A stretch of 64,000 nucleotides of DNA. Origin: Chiloscyllium plagiosum. Its lineage: Eukaryota. Positions 37,964 through 48,270 of this stretch are shown here, piece by piece (positions within the stretch are counted from its first letter, which is position 1; each line of letters begins with the position of its first letter). A model generated the notes under the pieces. The model did not search any database, was not told the DNA's origin, and saw only the letters and a list, made by a program, of their open reading frames with translations. The translations under genes and the position numbers were made by a program. The stretch is taken from positions 59,693,622 to 59,757,621 of the forward strand of contig NC_057718.1 in NCBI RefSeq assembly GCF_004010195.1, given 5' to 3'.

Positions 37964-39449
37964 TCCTGACGTGCATAGCAATGTCTTGGCTGCAATAGTA
38001 AAATAAAACTCACCAGAATACAATATTTCCAAACCACTTTATATAACTCAAACCATCCAATAGTTTAGATGATTTTCAATTAATCATTCTTGTCTATTCC
38101 TTTCATGCTTGATTTCTCAGTACCATGACTACACTGGTGCTCCTATACAGTGTTACCTCAGGGGCTGTAGCCTGCCTCGTGAAAGACTGCCGACTATCAG
38201 TAGAGGAGACTTGCAGGATAACCTTAGGCAATTCTGATCCTAGGAGGTCAGGTTTTGGACCGCACCACTTTGGTCACATGGGTAGGAGTAGTTTTAGCTG
38301 ATTGACCGACACACATTGCTGGAGTTGTACAGGTGAGGGGGTGAATGGTGTCATTCTGAGAGTGTTGTTCACCATGCAGCCACTGTAAATCCCACATGGT
38401 GACTCCTCAGCAATGTAACCTTTGTACCACCTGCAGCTTGTAAATTGGAAGAGTGTCTGGCATCTGGGGAAAGTGGGATGTGAGAAGAAGCATCAGGTAC
38501 GATCATATTCTCACCTTTAACCATTTCATTCTCTGCTCATGATCCCAGTCCCATCTGCCGCAGTAACAGCAAGCACCATCTCCTCCATGGTCAGGACATT
38601 CAGCAGTGTCCGGCTGCCTCAGTTTGGAGCTTTGTGTTTTAGTTTTGTGCCAAGAGGGAGTGGGTTGCAAACTGCTTGGTTAATGTGGCTGACCTGATTG
38701 AATAACTGGCAGCATGTGTAAGCTGTGAAATGTGGGTGGTGAGGCTTGGAGCAGAAGTAAGTGGGAGAGGTTCATGTTAAGCTTCAAATGTGAAGTCTGA
38801 GTCACGAATGATGGAACATTTGGTAGCTCAGTGTTGAGGCTCCAATACAATGTGTAGTGTGTAAGGCTAGTGGATCAGTTGATCAGAAGTAGCAATTAAA
38901 AATTGATTCACTGATCTTGATCATACATGTGAGGCCATTGAATATCTTGCCAAATCCAGATTCTTGTGAATTGCAGTGACCTGATCACCATCATCTTCTG
39001 TCAGGATCAGCAACAAATACTTGCAAACATCATTCATCCCAAGAAAGAGTATTTTTAAACAATGGTGATCTAACTGCTTATACAATGTATGCCCAGATAA
39101 TTGTCTCGTCTCCCTTTTACTTTCCACCTCCTGTAACAAGGCTGCCAATCTGTCAAGCCATAGTCACTCACCTTGAATATTAGACACTTCCCCAAGTACT
39201 TGCAGCATCTACTCCAGCCACTGAATGTCAAGGGATAATGCTTGGATTTTCTCTCATTGGAGATGGTCATTGCCTGGCACTTGTTTCATTAATGTGATTT
39301 GTCACTTAACAACTCAAGCCTGGATTAGCTGCTTCAGTTTCTGAGGAAGAGCAAATTCTTGTTGCTGAGGTCAGTCAAATGCTACCTCGATGTCAAGGGA
39401 CCATGGCCAAATTGATAAAGGAGCTGAGTGACCCACGCAGAACCCAACT

Positions 39450-40250
39450 CCATGCATCATTCCTTGACATTTCAGTGGCATAAGTGTTGCTGAATCCAGC
39501 CTATCAACACCCTGGAGCTGTTGTTGATTATAAACTGAAAAGGACCAGTCATATAAACAGTGTGGATTCAAGAGAAGGTCAGAGGCTTGGAATTATGTGG
39601 TTGAAATGCCAATCGTCTGACTCTCTAAAGCCTATCCAGGCTTAAGTCAGGAGTGTGATGAAATACCTTCCACTTGCTTCAGTGAGAGCAAGTCCAACAA
39701 CACTCAAGAGGCTTGAGTCTATTCAGGACAAAGTAACTCCTTGTTTGGCACTTCATCCATTACTTTAAACATTCACAGCTTCCAACACTGGCACACAGTG
39801 ATAGTAGTGTATACAATTTATAAGACGCATTCCATCAATTTACCAAGTCTGCTTTGACAGCACATTCCAAAACCAGTGATCTTCCCACTGAAAATGGAAA
39901 GGGCGATGGATACATTAGAATAGGATGCCTGCAAGTTTCCTTCTGAGCCACTCAGCATCCTGACTTGTACTATAGCACCGAGAAAGGGGACAAAACATCT
40001 GCAAATCACCTTCCCAGTTTGGTGAACATACCCATAACTATGGCAACCAGCACCCAAGCTACAAATCTTTACACAAACCTTGATCGCTGTTCCTTGTAGA
40101 TAGGTCAATAGTTTTGAACTTATTTCCTACCTCAACACCTCATAGACTGCACTGATTCAAGAAGCTTCTCACAACCATCACAAGAGCAAGTAGGGAAAGG
40201 CAATAAATATAGATCATGCCAGCAATGCACATAGCCCATGAAAGAACCAG
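39450..40250 (+). mobile_element. Degenerate L2/CR1-group LINE 3' part, interrupted by a PLE tail fragment (~39980-40082)
   Basis: VRSVMKYLPLAS..ASPTTLKRLESIQDK-like translation. Tail GGGCAATAAAT...CCCATGAAAGAA is shared with the SINE at 40395-40747. 40015-40082 matches 15665-15730. Confidence 0.65.
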
Positions 40251-40394
40251 AAAAATATTTTTCTTATATTAAGGTTATACTAATTGCAATTGTCAATGCA
40301 CAGTATAATAGTGAGCAGCCAGGCCCAGTCTAAGAAAGTAGCTGGATTGAGGATGAAATCATTAGTCTGATTAATATTATTGTTATAATAAGAA

Positions 40395-40747
40395 GGCAGG
40401 CAATGGCTAGTGGTATTATCTCTGGACTGTCAATCCAGAGACCAATTTCTGGGGACCTGGGTTTGAATTCCATCACGGCAGATGGTGGAATTTGAATTCA
40501 ATAAAAATATCTGGAGTTAAGAGTCAAATGATAATCATGAATCCATTGTTGATTGTTGGGAAAAACCCATCTGGTTCACTAATATCCTTTAGGGAATGAA
40601 ACTGCCATCCCTACCTGGTCTGGCCTATATGTGACTCCAGACACACAGTAATGTGGTGACTCTTAACTGCCCTCTGGGCAATTAGGGATGTGCAATAAAT
40701 CCTGGACTGGCCTGCAATGCCATCATCCTGTGAATGAGTAAAAAATA
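40395..40747 (+). mobile_element. tRNA-derived SINE with LINE-derived tail
   Basis: Homologous to 23244-23572. A/B-box-like motifs. Ends TGAATGAGTAAAAAA. Confidence 0.8.
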
Positions 40748-40779
40748 TTATTAATAATGTTATCATTCTGTGATGGGGT

Positions 40780-41290
40780 GGTAGACGATGGCTTTAGTCT
40801 TCCATTGCTAAACTGGAGAAAGTTATGGTCAATCAAGGCTAGTTGACAGGTGAGTAGCTAGACAACAGACACACTGGGGAAGAATGCAATGGTGACAATG
40901 ATAGACAGGTACATTTTTGTGTGACCGCTATAGGTATGGAGTGTGAGATGCCCTTGTATTGATAGGATTGCACATCCTTTGAATGTTTCCAGTGAAGCCA
41001 AATATTGGACCAGAGGTGTTGAAAAAGGACTGTGTGATTGATTGTGTCAAAGAAATTCAGAAAAGTTAAGTAGAGCAAATCTGGAGGAGTGGATGAAAGA
41101 TCAATGATGTCACAGTTAAAGTAGATGTTATCATGACTTAGGCTAACTATCATTTTTGCTCCATGGCAAGGATAGGATCCTGTTTGGAGGCATTTAGATC
41201 AGGAGTTGTGAAAGAATTATGCATGATCTGGGAGGCAACTAAATGTTCAAGTATCTTAGTGATGAAAAGGAGGGTTCGAGATTGGACACT
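40780..41290 (-). mobile_element. Degenerate L2 RT fragment
   Basis: LLYLTFLNFFDTINHTVL resembles the L2 motif LLLDLSAAFDT.DH.IL. Confidence 0.5.
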
Positions 41291-41344
41291 GTTGGGGGGT
41301 GGTGGGGTGGGGGGGGGGGGGTTATTTCAAGTGCCATTAGCTCA

Positions 41345-41935
41345 GTTTTTTTCATTCTTTCAGATAATTTGGGCACTGCTGGGCTGACCCTAGATACCCT
41401 TCAGAAGATGGTGGTGAGCTTCTTTCTTAAACTGCTGCAATCCATTCTGGAAGTACGTCCACAATACTGTGAGGGAGCGAGTTCCAGTTATTTGATCCAG
41501 CAACACTGAAGGAATATCAATATATTTACAAGTCTGTTAGGTAAGTGGCTTTGAGGGGAACTTGCAGGTGATGGTGTTCCTATGTATCAACAGCCCTTGT
41601 CCTTCTCGATGGAATTAGTCATGGGTTTGGAAAATGCTGTCTAGGGAGCCTTAGTGAATGCCTGTAATGGTAAAAACTGGTATAGTGAGTACAACTAGTG
41701 GAGAGTTTTCCCACTGATTCCAATTGACTCCAGTCTTGCTGGAGCTCCTTCGTTGTCAGGGCCTATAGTCTTTGCTGTATTCAGTGCCTCCAACTATTTC
41801 TTGATATCACATTGGTTAATTGAATTGTTTGAACACTAGCATCTGTGTTGCTGGGGACCTCTGGAGGTGGCCAAGATGGATCTTCCACTCGATACATCTG
41901 GCTAAAGGTTGTTGCAAATGCTTCATTGGCTTGAC
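41345..41935 (-). mobile_element. L2/CR1-group LINE 3' fragment (same family as 39450-40250)
   Basis: Reverse-complement similarity to 39830-40250, e.g. GAACTTGCAGG vs CCTGCAAGTTTC. Confidence 0.6.
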
Positions 41936-41955
41936 AGTCTCTGGTTCAGAATAGC

Positions 41956-42305
41956 GGGCAGCACAGTGGTGCAGTGGTTAGTACTGCTGCCTCACAGTGC
42001 CAGGGATCTGGGTGCAATTCCAACCTCAGGTGACTGTCTGTGTGGAGTTGCACATTCTCCCCGTGTCTGCTTGGGGTTGCTCCAGTTTCCACCCACAATC
42101 CAAAGATGTGCAGGTTAGGTGAATTGGCTATGCTAAATTGCCCATAGTATTCAGGGATGTGTAGGTTAGTTGCATTAGTCAGGGATAAATATAGGATAAT
42201 AGGGTAGGGGAATGAGTCTGGGTTGGTTGCAGAGAGTCAGACAGTCAGCATGGACTTGTTGGGCCATAGGACCTATTTCCACACTGTAGGGATTCTAAGT
42301 CTATG
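41956..42305 (+). mobile_element. HE1-like tRNA-derived V-SINE
   Basis: GGGCAGCACAGTGGTGCAGTGGTTAGTACTGCTGCCTCACAG head, V-SINE-like core, CR1-like tail. Confidence 0.88.
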
Positions 42306-42439
42306 TATAAGCATGAGACCAATTCCCATCTCAATTGAAGTGGACTTGGATCCTGTCTCCTCATGGGAGTGTGAAAGACAAGAGCACCACAGCCAAAAAC
42401 TCCTAAGGTAATGACTCAGATTGAAACTGCAGCAAACAA

Positions 42440-43150
42440 TGAAATGAAGATCTGCTTTTTGGGACAAATTTTAAACTAGGGAATAACATATTAGCATGGA
42501 CAAAGGATTGGTTGGTTCATAGATAGCAGAGTGTAGAAATAAATGGGTCATTTTCAGGTTGGCAGAATGTGTTGAATGGTGTTGCATGAGGATCAGGGTT
42601 GAAACCTCCATTATTTATAAATAATCTCAATGATTTGGATAGAAGAAGTGAACTTATAGTTGCTAAATTTGGTGATAAAACAAAGGTACGTAGGAAAGTA
42701 AGTGAAAAAGGCATAAGATAGGAAAACATGAACTTGTCCATTTTGGCAGGAAGAGTACAAAACCAGAATATTGTATAAATGGAGAGAGATTACAAACTCT
42801 GAGGAACAGAGGTATCATGGTGTCCTGGCACATAAATCACAAACAGTTAGAATGCAAGACCAGTAGATGATTTGGAAGTCACATATAATGCTGTCATTTA
42901 TTTTGAGAGAATGGGATATAAGAGCAAAATGTTTTTTAACTGTTAGAGTTATATTGGTGAGACTACACCTGGAGTACTGTGCGCATTTTCCATCTCCTTG
43001 GGCTTGCACACTTAAGATTGAAGTTAGGATGATTTTTATTTTCTCTTAGAAGGTAATAAATCTTTGGTACAATAAATCTTCTTCAAAGAGCAATGGAGAT
43101 GGCATCATTCAGTACTTCTGATGGAAAGGTAGAAAGAGTTTCTAAAACAA
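42440..43150 (+). mobile_element. Degenerate CR1 RT fragment
   Basis: GV..GSGL.P.LFINNLNDL...AKFGDKTK and LVRLHLEYCAHF. Confidence 0.75.
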
Positions 43151-43876
43151 AATGGGGTCCATGAGAGTAGGTATCTCGAGGTGGGCAGTATTTGTTGTCC
43201 TTCCCTAGTTTCCTTTGAACTGATTGGTTCTCCAAGATGGTTATGAAGGCAGTTAAGAGTCAATCACATTTCTGAGTATCTGGAACCAGATTTCCATCCC
43301 TAAATGACATTATAATTTTTATGAGTTGTCAATAATTACAATTGGAAAAGCTTTTAAATTCCCCCAAATTTTCATCTAATTTAAATTTCACTATCTGCCA
43401 TGTAGAGGGGCGATCTCATGCCCTGAAGGTTATTTGAGGTTTAGGGAGAGGGACAGAGTTAGGATTACTCGTCCAGTGACATTATCACTATGTCTTGGGC
43501 TGCTCTATTGGCGATATTATTGGAGGTCTGGAGGCACATGTATATCAGCTGGGTAAGAACAGCGGATTTCCTTCCCTTGACAAATATGGGAATCAATTTT
43601 TGTTCGGTATAGGTGAGAATTTGTTGTTGAGGCCTCAATCAGATCAGCCAGGATCTTTTTGAATAACGGATACTTTGAGGAGCCAAGTGGTTGACTCCAG
43701 CTCCTAATTTTCATGTTTGTACATTTGTATTTAGGTCAAATAAGAGGTTTCTCTCAGCTTAATCTTTAACTATGTCAAACCTATCATGGAGTTTGTACAT
43801 TCTTATACCTTATTTTACGTTCCTATGTATGATATTTTGAACATATTTATGCTCAATCTAAGTCACCATTCTTCTG

Positions 43877-44908
43877 TTAAGTCCCTCATCTGTTAGAATG
43901 ACCATGATAGTTTCACTTCTTTCATATTTAAATCACAAAACTTGTTTTTAAAAGTTACATTCTCAGGTTAACTGTAACAATTGGTGTCAGCCCAGAGAAG
44001 ATGTTGAAGGTGTTAGCCCCCTGTGTTCTGCTGTCTGTGCCATAATGTTCAGGCTGATTCTAATGTTAAAATGAGTTAACAGAGTCTTACATGGATTCAT
44101 GCAGTTTTTGAGCAAAGTACAATGTAATTCTGCAAGTACAAATTCACCTCACAAACTTATATGTGTTTGTGGGTTTGTGTGTGTCTGGGGTGGGGTGGGG
44201 GGTTGTGAGTGTCAGTGAGAGCGATTGTATATGTGTGTGTGAGTGTAAAGGGGTCTACATCTGTGAGAGGGTGCATGTGTGAGTGTGGGAGTGTGTGTGT
44301 GTCTGTAGGAGTGTGTGTGATTGTCTGTGTGCGTGTCCATGTAAAGGAGTGCCTGTGTGTGTGTGTGTGTAGGAGCGTCTGTATGTGTGTATAGTGCAAT
44401 AGTAGTCACCTGTAGTGTGACATGAACCAAGGACCCGGTTGAAGCCCTCCCTATGGGTACCGAGGACCAAGGTCACTCCTAGACACACACACACACACAC
44501 ACACACACGTACCATCTCACAGACGTAGACCCCTTTACATTCACATACACATACACTCTCTCTCACAGACACTCATAACCCCCCACGCCAAACACACACA
44601 CACACTCCTGCAGACACACACACTCCCACATTCCCCCATGATTAGGTTAGAATCAGTCTAAACATTTTGGCACAGACAACAGAACACAGGAGGCCAACAC
44701 CTTCAACATCTTCTCTGGGCTAACACTAATTGTTACAGTTAACCTGGGAATGTAACTTTTATAAAAACATTTTGTGATTTACATATGAAAGAAGTGAAAC
44801 TATCATGGTCATTCGAAAAGATGAGAGACTTAACAAACAATCAAGGTATTTTTCAATGTATAACTTCAGTTACATCACAATGTAAACTACCGGCATCTCC
44901 AAATCATG
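43877..44908. mobile_element. PLE (Neptune-like, CA-rich 3' region) with long inverted arms
   Basis: 12-bp TSD ACCATTCTTCTG (43865-43876, 44909-44920). 43877-44065 is the reverse complement of 44645-44833. Minus strand at 44405-44463 encodes GTHREGFNRVLG, a GIY-YIG C-terminal TH..GLN.D.G-like end. Confidence 0.85.
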
Positions 44909-45099
44909 ACCATTCTTCTGATGTGTGAATTCTTTGTCAAATTCACTCAGCGATTTTTGAGCTGCTTCCTTCAATTTCAATGTACCTTCCAGTTTTATAA
45001 ATTTTGATCACAGCATTGAGTCTGTAATCCAGGTCATTTATGTAATTCAGAGACACCAGTAACCTCAATGCCAAACACTGAACATTTTACCCATACTTT

Positions 45100-45285
45100 C
45101 TAAAAGCAAGTTACTGCAGATGCTGGAACCTGTACTGAAGGCAAAAAATGCTGGAAATCACATCAGGTCAGGCAGCATCCATGGAGAGAGAGCAACATCA
45201 GAGCTCCGATGAAGCATCATCTTGACTCGGAAATGTTAGCTTGCTCTGCTGCCTGACCCATTGTGATTTCCAGCATTGTTTGTTT
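45100..45285. mobile_element. Older short PLE-derived element with inverted arms
   Basis: AATGCTGGAAATCACA..GGTCAGGCAGCA is inverted against TGCTGCCTGACC..TGTGATTTCCAGCATT. Decayed hammerhead at 45205-45240. Degenerate TSD TTTTACC(C)ATA.TTTC. Confidence 0.65.
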
Positions 45286-46451
45286 TTACCATATTTTCCC
45301 CTACCTTTATATAACTTCAACTTCTAAGCAGTAATTTTTGTTTTCTAGTCTTCATAATTTTTTTTAAAAAATTATGTTCAAGGTTTAACTTCAATTCCTA
45401 TAGTTTTGAGTTTAGCTAATAATATTTCAGGTGGAACTTTGTCACATATCTTCAGGGAGTTGTGATGCATCCTATCATAATGATTTCTACAATCACTTCC
45501 TCAAAAGCATGTGCTTGTTTTGTTACTATTTTAGAATTGACCTATTTCTAATCTGCTGATACCTTCCCAGTGCTCAGTGATGCCTGCATAATAGTTGTCA
45601 GAGCCTCACAAATCCCTAGCTTAGATTCTCTCAGAACTCTGATTTATTAGATGTTAATCTACTGTGGCCATGTAGCAGTGATAAATAATATGTGCCACTC
45701 CTTGAGTAATGTCTAATTATCTTCTCAAACTTTCTATCAAAAAAGATAGGCTTGTTGCTCCTGATGACCTTTTCCTGTTGCTATTATTTCTCATATTCTT
45801 ATAGACAGAATATGTAGAAGGTTGTGGTTGAATAGTTCAGTGTAGTACTGATTAAAATGCACTAATCACACAGGTTTGTTCACTGCTTCTGAGTTACAGG
45901 CTTTCACTGTAACTTGGAGATCTTCTTAGTTCATAATCAGGCCTCACATCAGGTTAGACATCTTGTAAAAAGACCACATTTTTCCAATGACTCAACACCA
46001 AGTCAGTTTATCCATGACCCCTGATCTTATATAGATTTGCATTGACTCTTGGTAAGCAAGTTTCATTTCTAAAATTCTCTCCCTTGTTTTCAAATCCCTT
46101 CATGGCCTGATCCATTGATGTCTCTAAGCTGCGCAGATGTGAGGCTGCATATCAGTCCAGAAGACACTGTATAGGCCAAGCCCAAATTAGCCCCTACAAG
46201 TCACATAGAACACGTAGTTACACAAAAGGGGCCTGTGCACTTAACCCACTTCCCCATGCAAAACAAGATGATAGGTTAAGTTGGCTACAAGAAGCAAGCA
46301 AGGTTTGGGTATTCTGTGGCAAGTGACTTGCAAAAGCTTACCCATCATCTAAAAAATACAAGAATCAAATTGTGTAAAAAATATGGAAGGTATGTTAGAA
46401 TTATTCCCCCTTATCTCTCTAACTTCTTCCAGCCTTGCAACCATCAAAGAT

Positions 46452-46570
46452 TGGCAAAAGTGAGGACTGCAGATGCTGGAAACCAGTGTTTAAATGAAAG
46501 TGGTGCTGGAAAAGCACAACAGATCAGGCAGCATCCAAGGAGCAGGAAAATTGACGTTTTGGGCAAAATC
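46452..46570 (-). mobile_element. Short-PLE arm with tail, truncated inside the hammerhead
   Basis: Same family as 4012-4111 and 37813-37963. Confidence 0.8.
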
Positions 46571-46579
46571 ATCCAGGAT

Positions 46580-47570
46580 GGATCTGGGTCCTCTACTTTT
46601 TGACATTTACATAAATGATTTGGATGCGAACATAAGAGGTACAGTTAGTAAGTTTGCAGATGACACCAAAATTGGAGGTGTAGTGGACAGAGTAGAGGGT
46701 TACCTCAGATTACAACAGGATCTTGACCAGATGGGCCAATGGGCTGAGAAGTGGCAGATGGAGTTTAATTCAGATAAATGCGAGGTGCTGCATTTTGGGA
46801 AAGCAAACCTTATCAGGACTTATACTCTTATTGGTAAGGTGTTAGGGAGTGTTGCTAAACCAAGAGACCTTGGAGTACAGGTTCATAGCTCCTTGAATGT
46901 GAAGTCGCAGGTACATTGGAGAGTGAAGAAGGCGTTTGGTATGCTTTCCTTCATTGGTCAGAGTATTGAGTATAGGAGTTGGGAGGCCGTGTTGCGGCTG
47001 TACAGAACATTGGTTAGACCGTTGTTGGAACATTGCGTGCAATTCTGGTCTCCTTCCTATCGGAAAGATGTTGTGAAACTTGAAAGGGTTCAGAAAAGAT
47101 TTACAAGGATGTTGCCAGGGTTGGAGGATTTGAGCTACAGGGAGAGGTTGAACAGGCTGGGGCTATTTTCCCTGGAGTGTCGGAGGCTGAGGGATGACCT
47201 TATAGAGGTTTTCAAAATTGAGGGGCATGAATAGGGTAAATAGGCAAAGTTTTTTCCCTGGGGTGGAGGGGGGTCCAGAACTAGAAGGCATAGGTTTAGG
47301 GTGAGAGGGGAAAGGTATAGGAGAGACCTAAGGGGCAACGTTTTCACACAGAGGGTGGTACGTGTATGGAATGAGCTGCCAGAGGATGTGGTGGAAGCTG
47401 GTACAATTGCAACATTTAAGAGGTATTTGGATGGGTATATGAATAGGAAGGGTTTGGAGGGATATAGGCCGGGTGCTGGCAGGTGGGACTAGATTGGGTT
47501 GGGATATCTGGTCGGCATTGACAGTTTGGACCGAAGGGTCTGTTTCCATGCTGTACATCTCTATGACTCT
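46580..47570 (+). mobile_element. Young 5'-truncated CR1 (open RT C-terminal frame to 47234)
   Basis: LGPLLFDIYINDLD, KFADDTK, KCEVLHFG, RPLLEHCVQFWSP, QRVVRVWNELP. CTATGACTCT tail. Confidence 0.95.
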
Positions 47571-48154
47571 AAAACTGTGCAACTCAGACCTCTTGAGCAT
47601 CTCAAATTATCTTTGTTCCGCTATTAATTGTGGGCATTCAGATGCTAAACCCTTCAACTCTGGATTTTCCTGACAAAATCTCCCAGGCTCTCAAACTTTC
47701 TTTCCCTACTTTTAAGATACATCTAAAAATTGACCAAATTTGGCCAAATTTATTGTCATCTCCCTAATATTATCATATATGACTTAGTGTCTAATTTTGT
47801 TTGACAAAATTTCTGGGCAATTTTACTATAGTGAAGGTGCTATATACATTCAAGGTTGTTGTTGAATGGTTTGCATGGAAGACAGAAGCTAGGCATCTGT
47901 TTCTACTTTCCATCTGTTGGTTCCATATTTTTGGCAGATTGAATGCATTGGGTGTCTACTAATGTACAATATTTTTAGTATTTGGGATACATCAATGTGC
48001 TTTTTCTAAAGAATCGTGAGGGATAATTAACATAATAAGTTGGCATACAGATATGCTATCGAAGGAATTGTAAATTCCAGAGTTTAAGCAGCCTAGGATC
48101 ACAACTCATTTTTTTCATGCAGGTAGATAACCTATAACAAAACCCATTCTCTAC

Positions 48155-48270
48155 AAATAAGTTACCATGTTTCTTTCTCAAAATGTAGAGAGAAAATTCT
48201 CTCCCTGTGAAAATAAGTTACCATTTTTCTTTCTCAAAATGCAGAGAAGAAAATTCTCTCCCTGTGAAAA
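48155..48270. repeat. Tandem duplication of a ~56-bp unit (2 copies)
   Basis: AAATAAGTTACCAT..TTCTTTCTCAAAATG...AATTCTCTCCCTGTGA starts at 48155 and 48211. Confidence 0.9.

Larger units (their letters stand above)
37290..39000 (-). mobile_element. Old Harbinger-like remnant (Myb/SANT-like partner gene fragments)
   Basis: Minus strand near 38560-38620 reads LNVLTMEEMVLAV, resembling the Myb/SANT-like C-terminal LT.MEE.VL. Very decayed. Confidence 0.35.
46065..47865 (+). mobile_element. L2-like 3' end fragmented by nested insertions (pieces ~46065-46112, 46405-46450, 47575-47865)
   Basis: TTTTCAAATCCCTTCATGGCCT, CTAACTTCTTCCAGCC and terminal GAAGGTGCTATATACATTCAAGGTTGTTGTTG resemble an L2 3' end. 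Confidence 0.55.

Noticed and set aside
41956..42030. tRNA gene (also the heads at 23244 and 40395)
   Set aside because: These are tRNA-derived SINE heads continuous with SINE bodies, with no full cloverleaf.
44157..44572. HT- and CV-rich ORFs (also 55838-56065)
   Set aside because: Translations of the CA/TG-rich PLE 3' region.
46113..46404. hAT-like terminal fragment within the L2 remnant
   Set aside because: One degenerate TIR-like end only, no TSD.
46494..47234. 246-aa ORF as a functional or domesticated RT gene
   Set aside because: It is a 5'-truncated CR1 lacking the N-terminal RT motifs. The start comes from PLE antisense sequence, and it frameshifts before the normal end.
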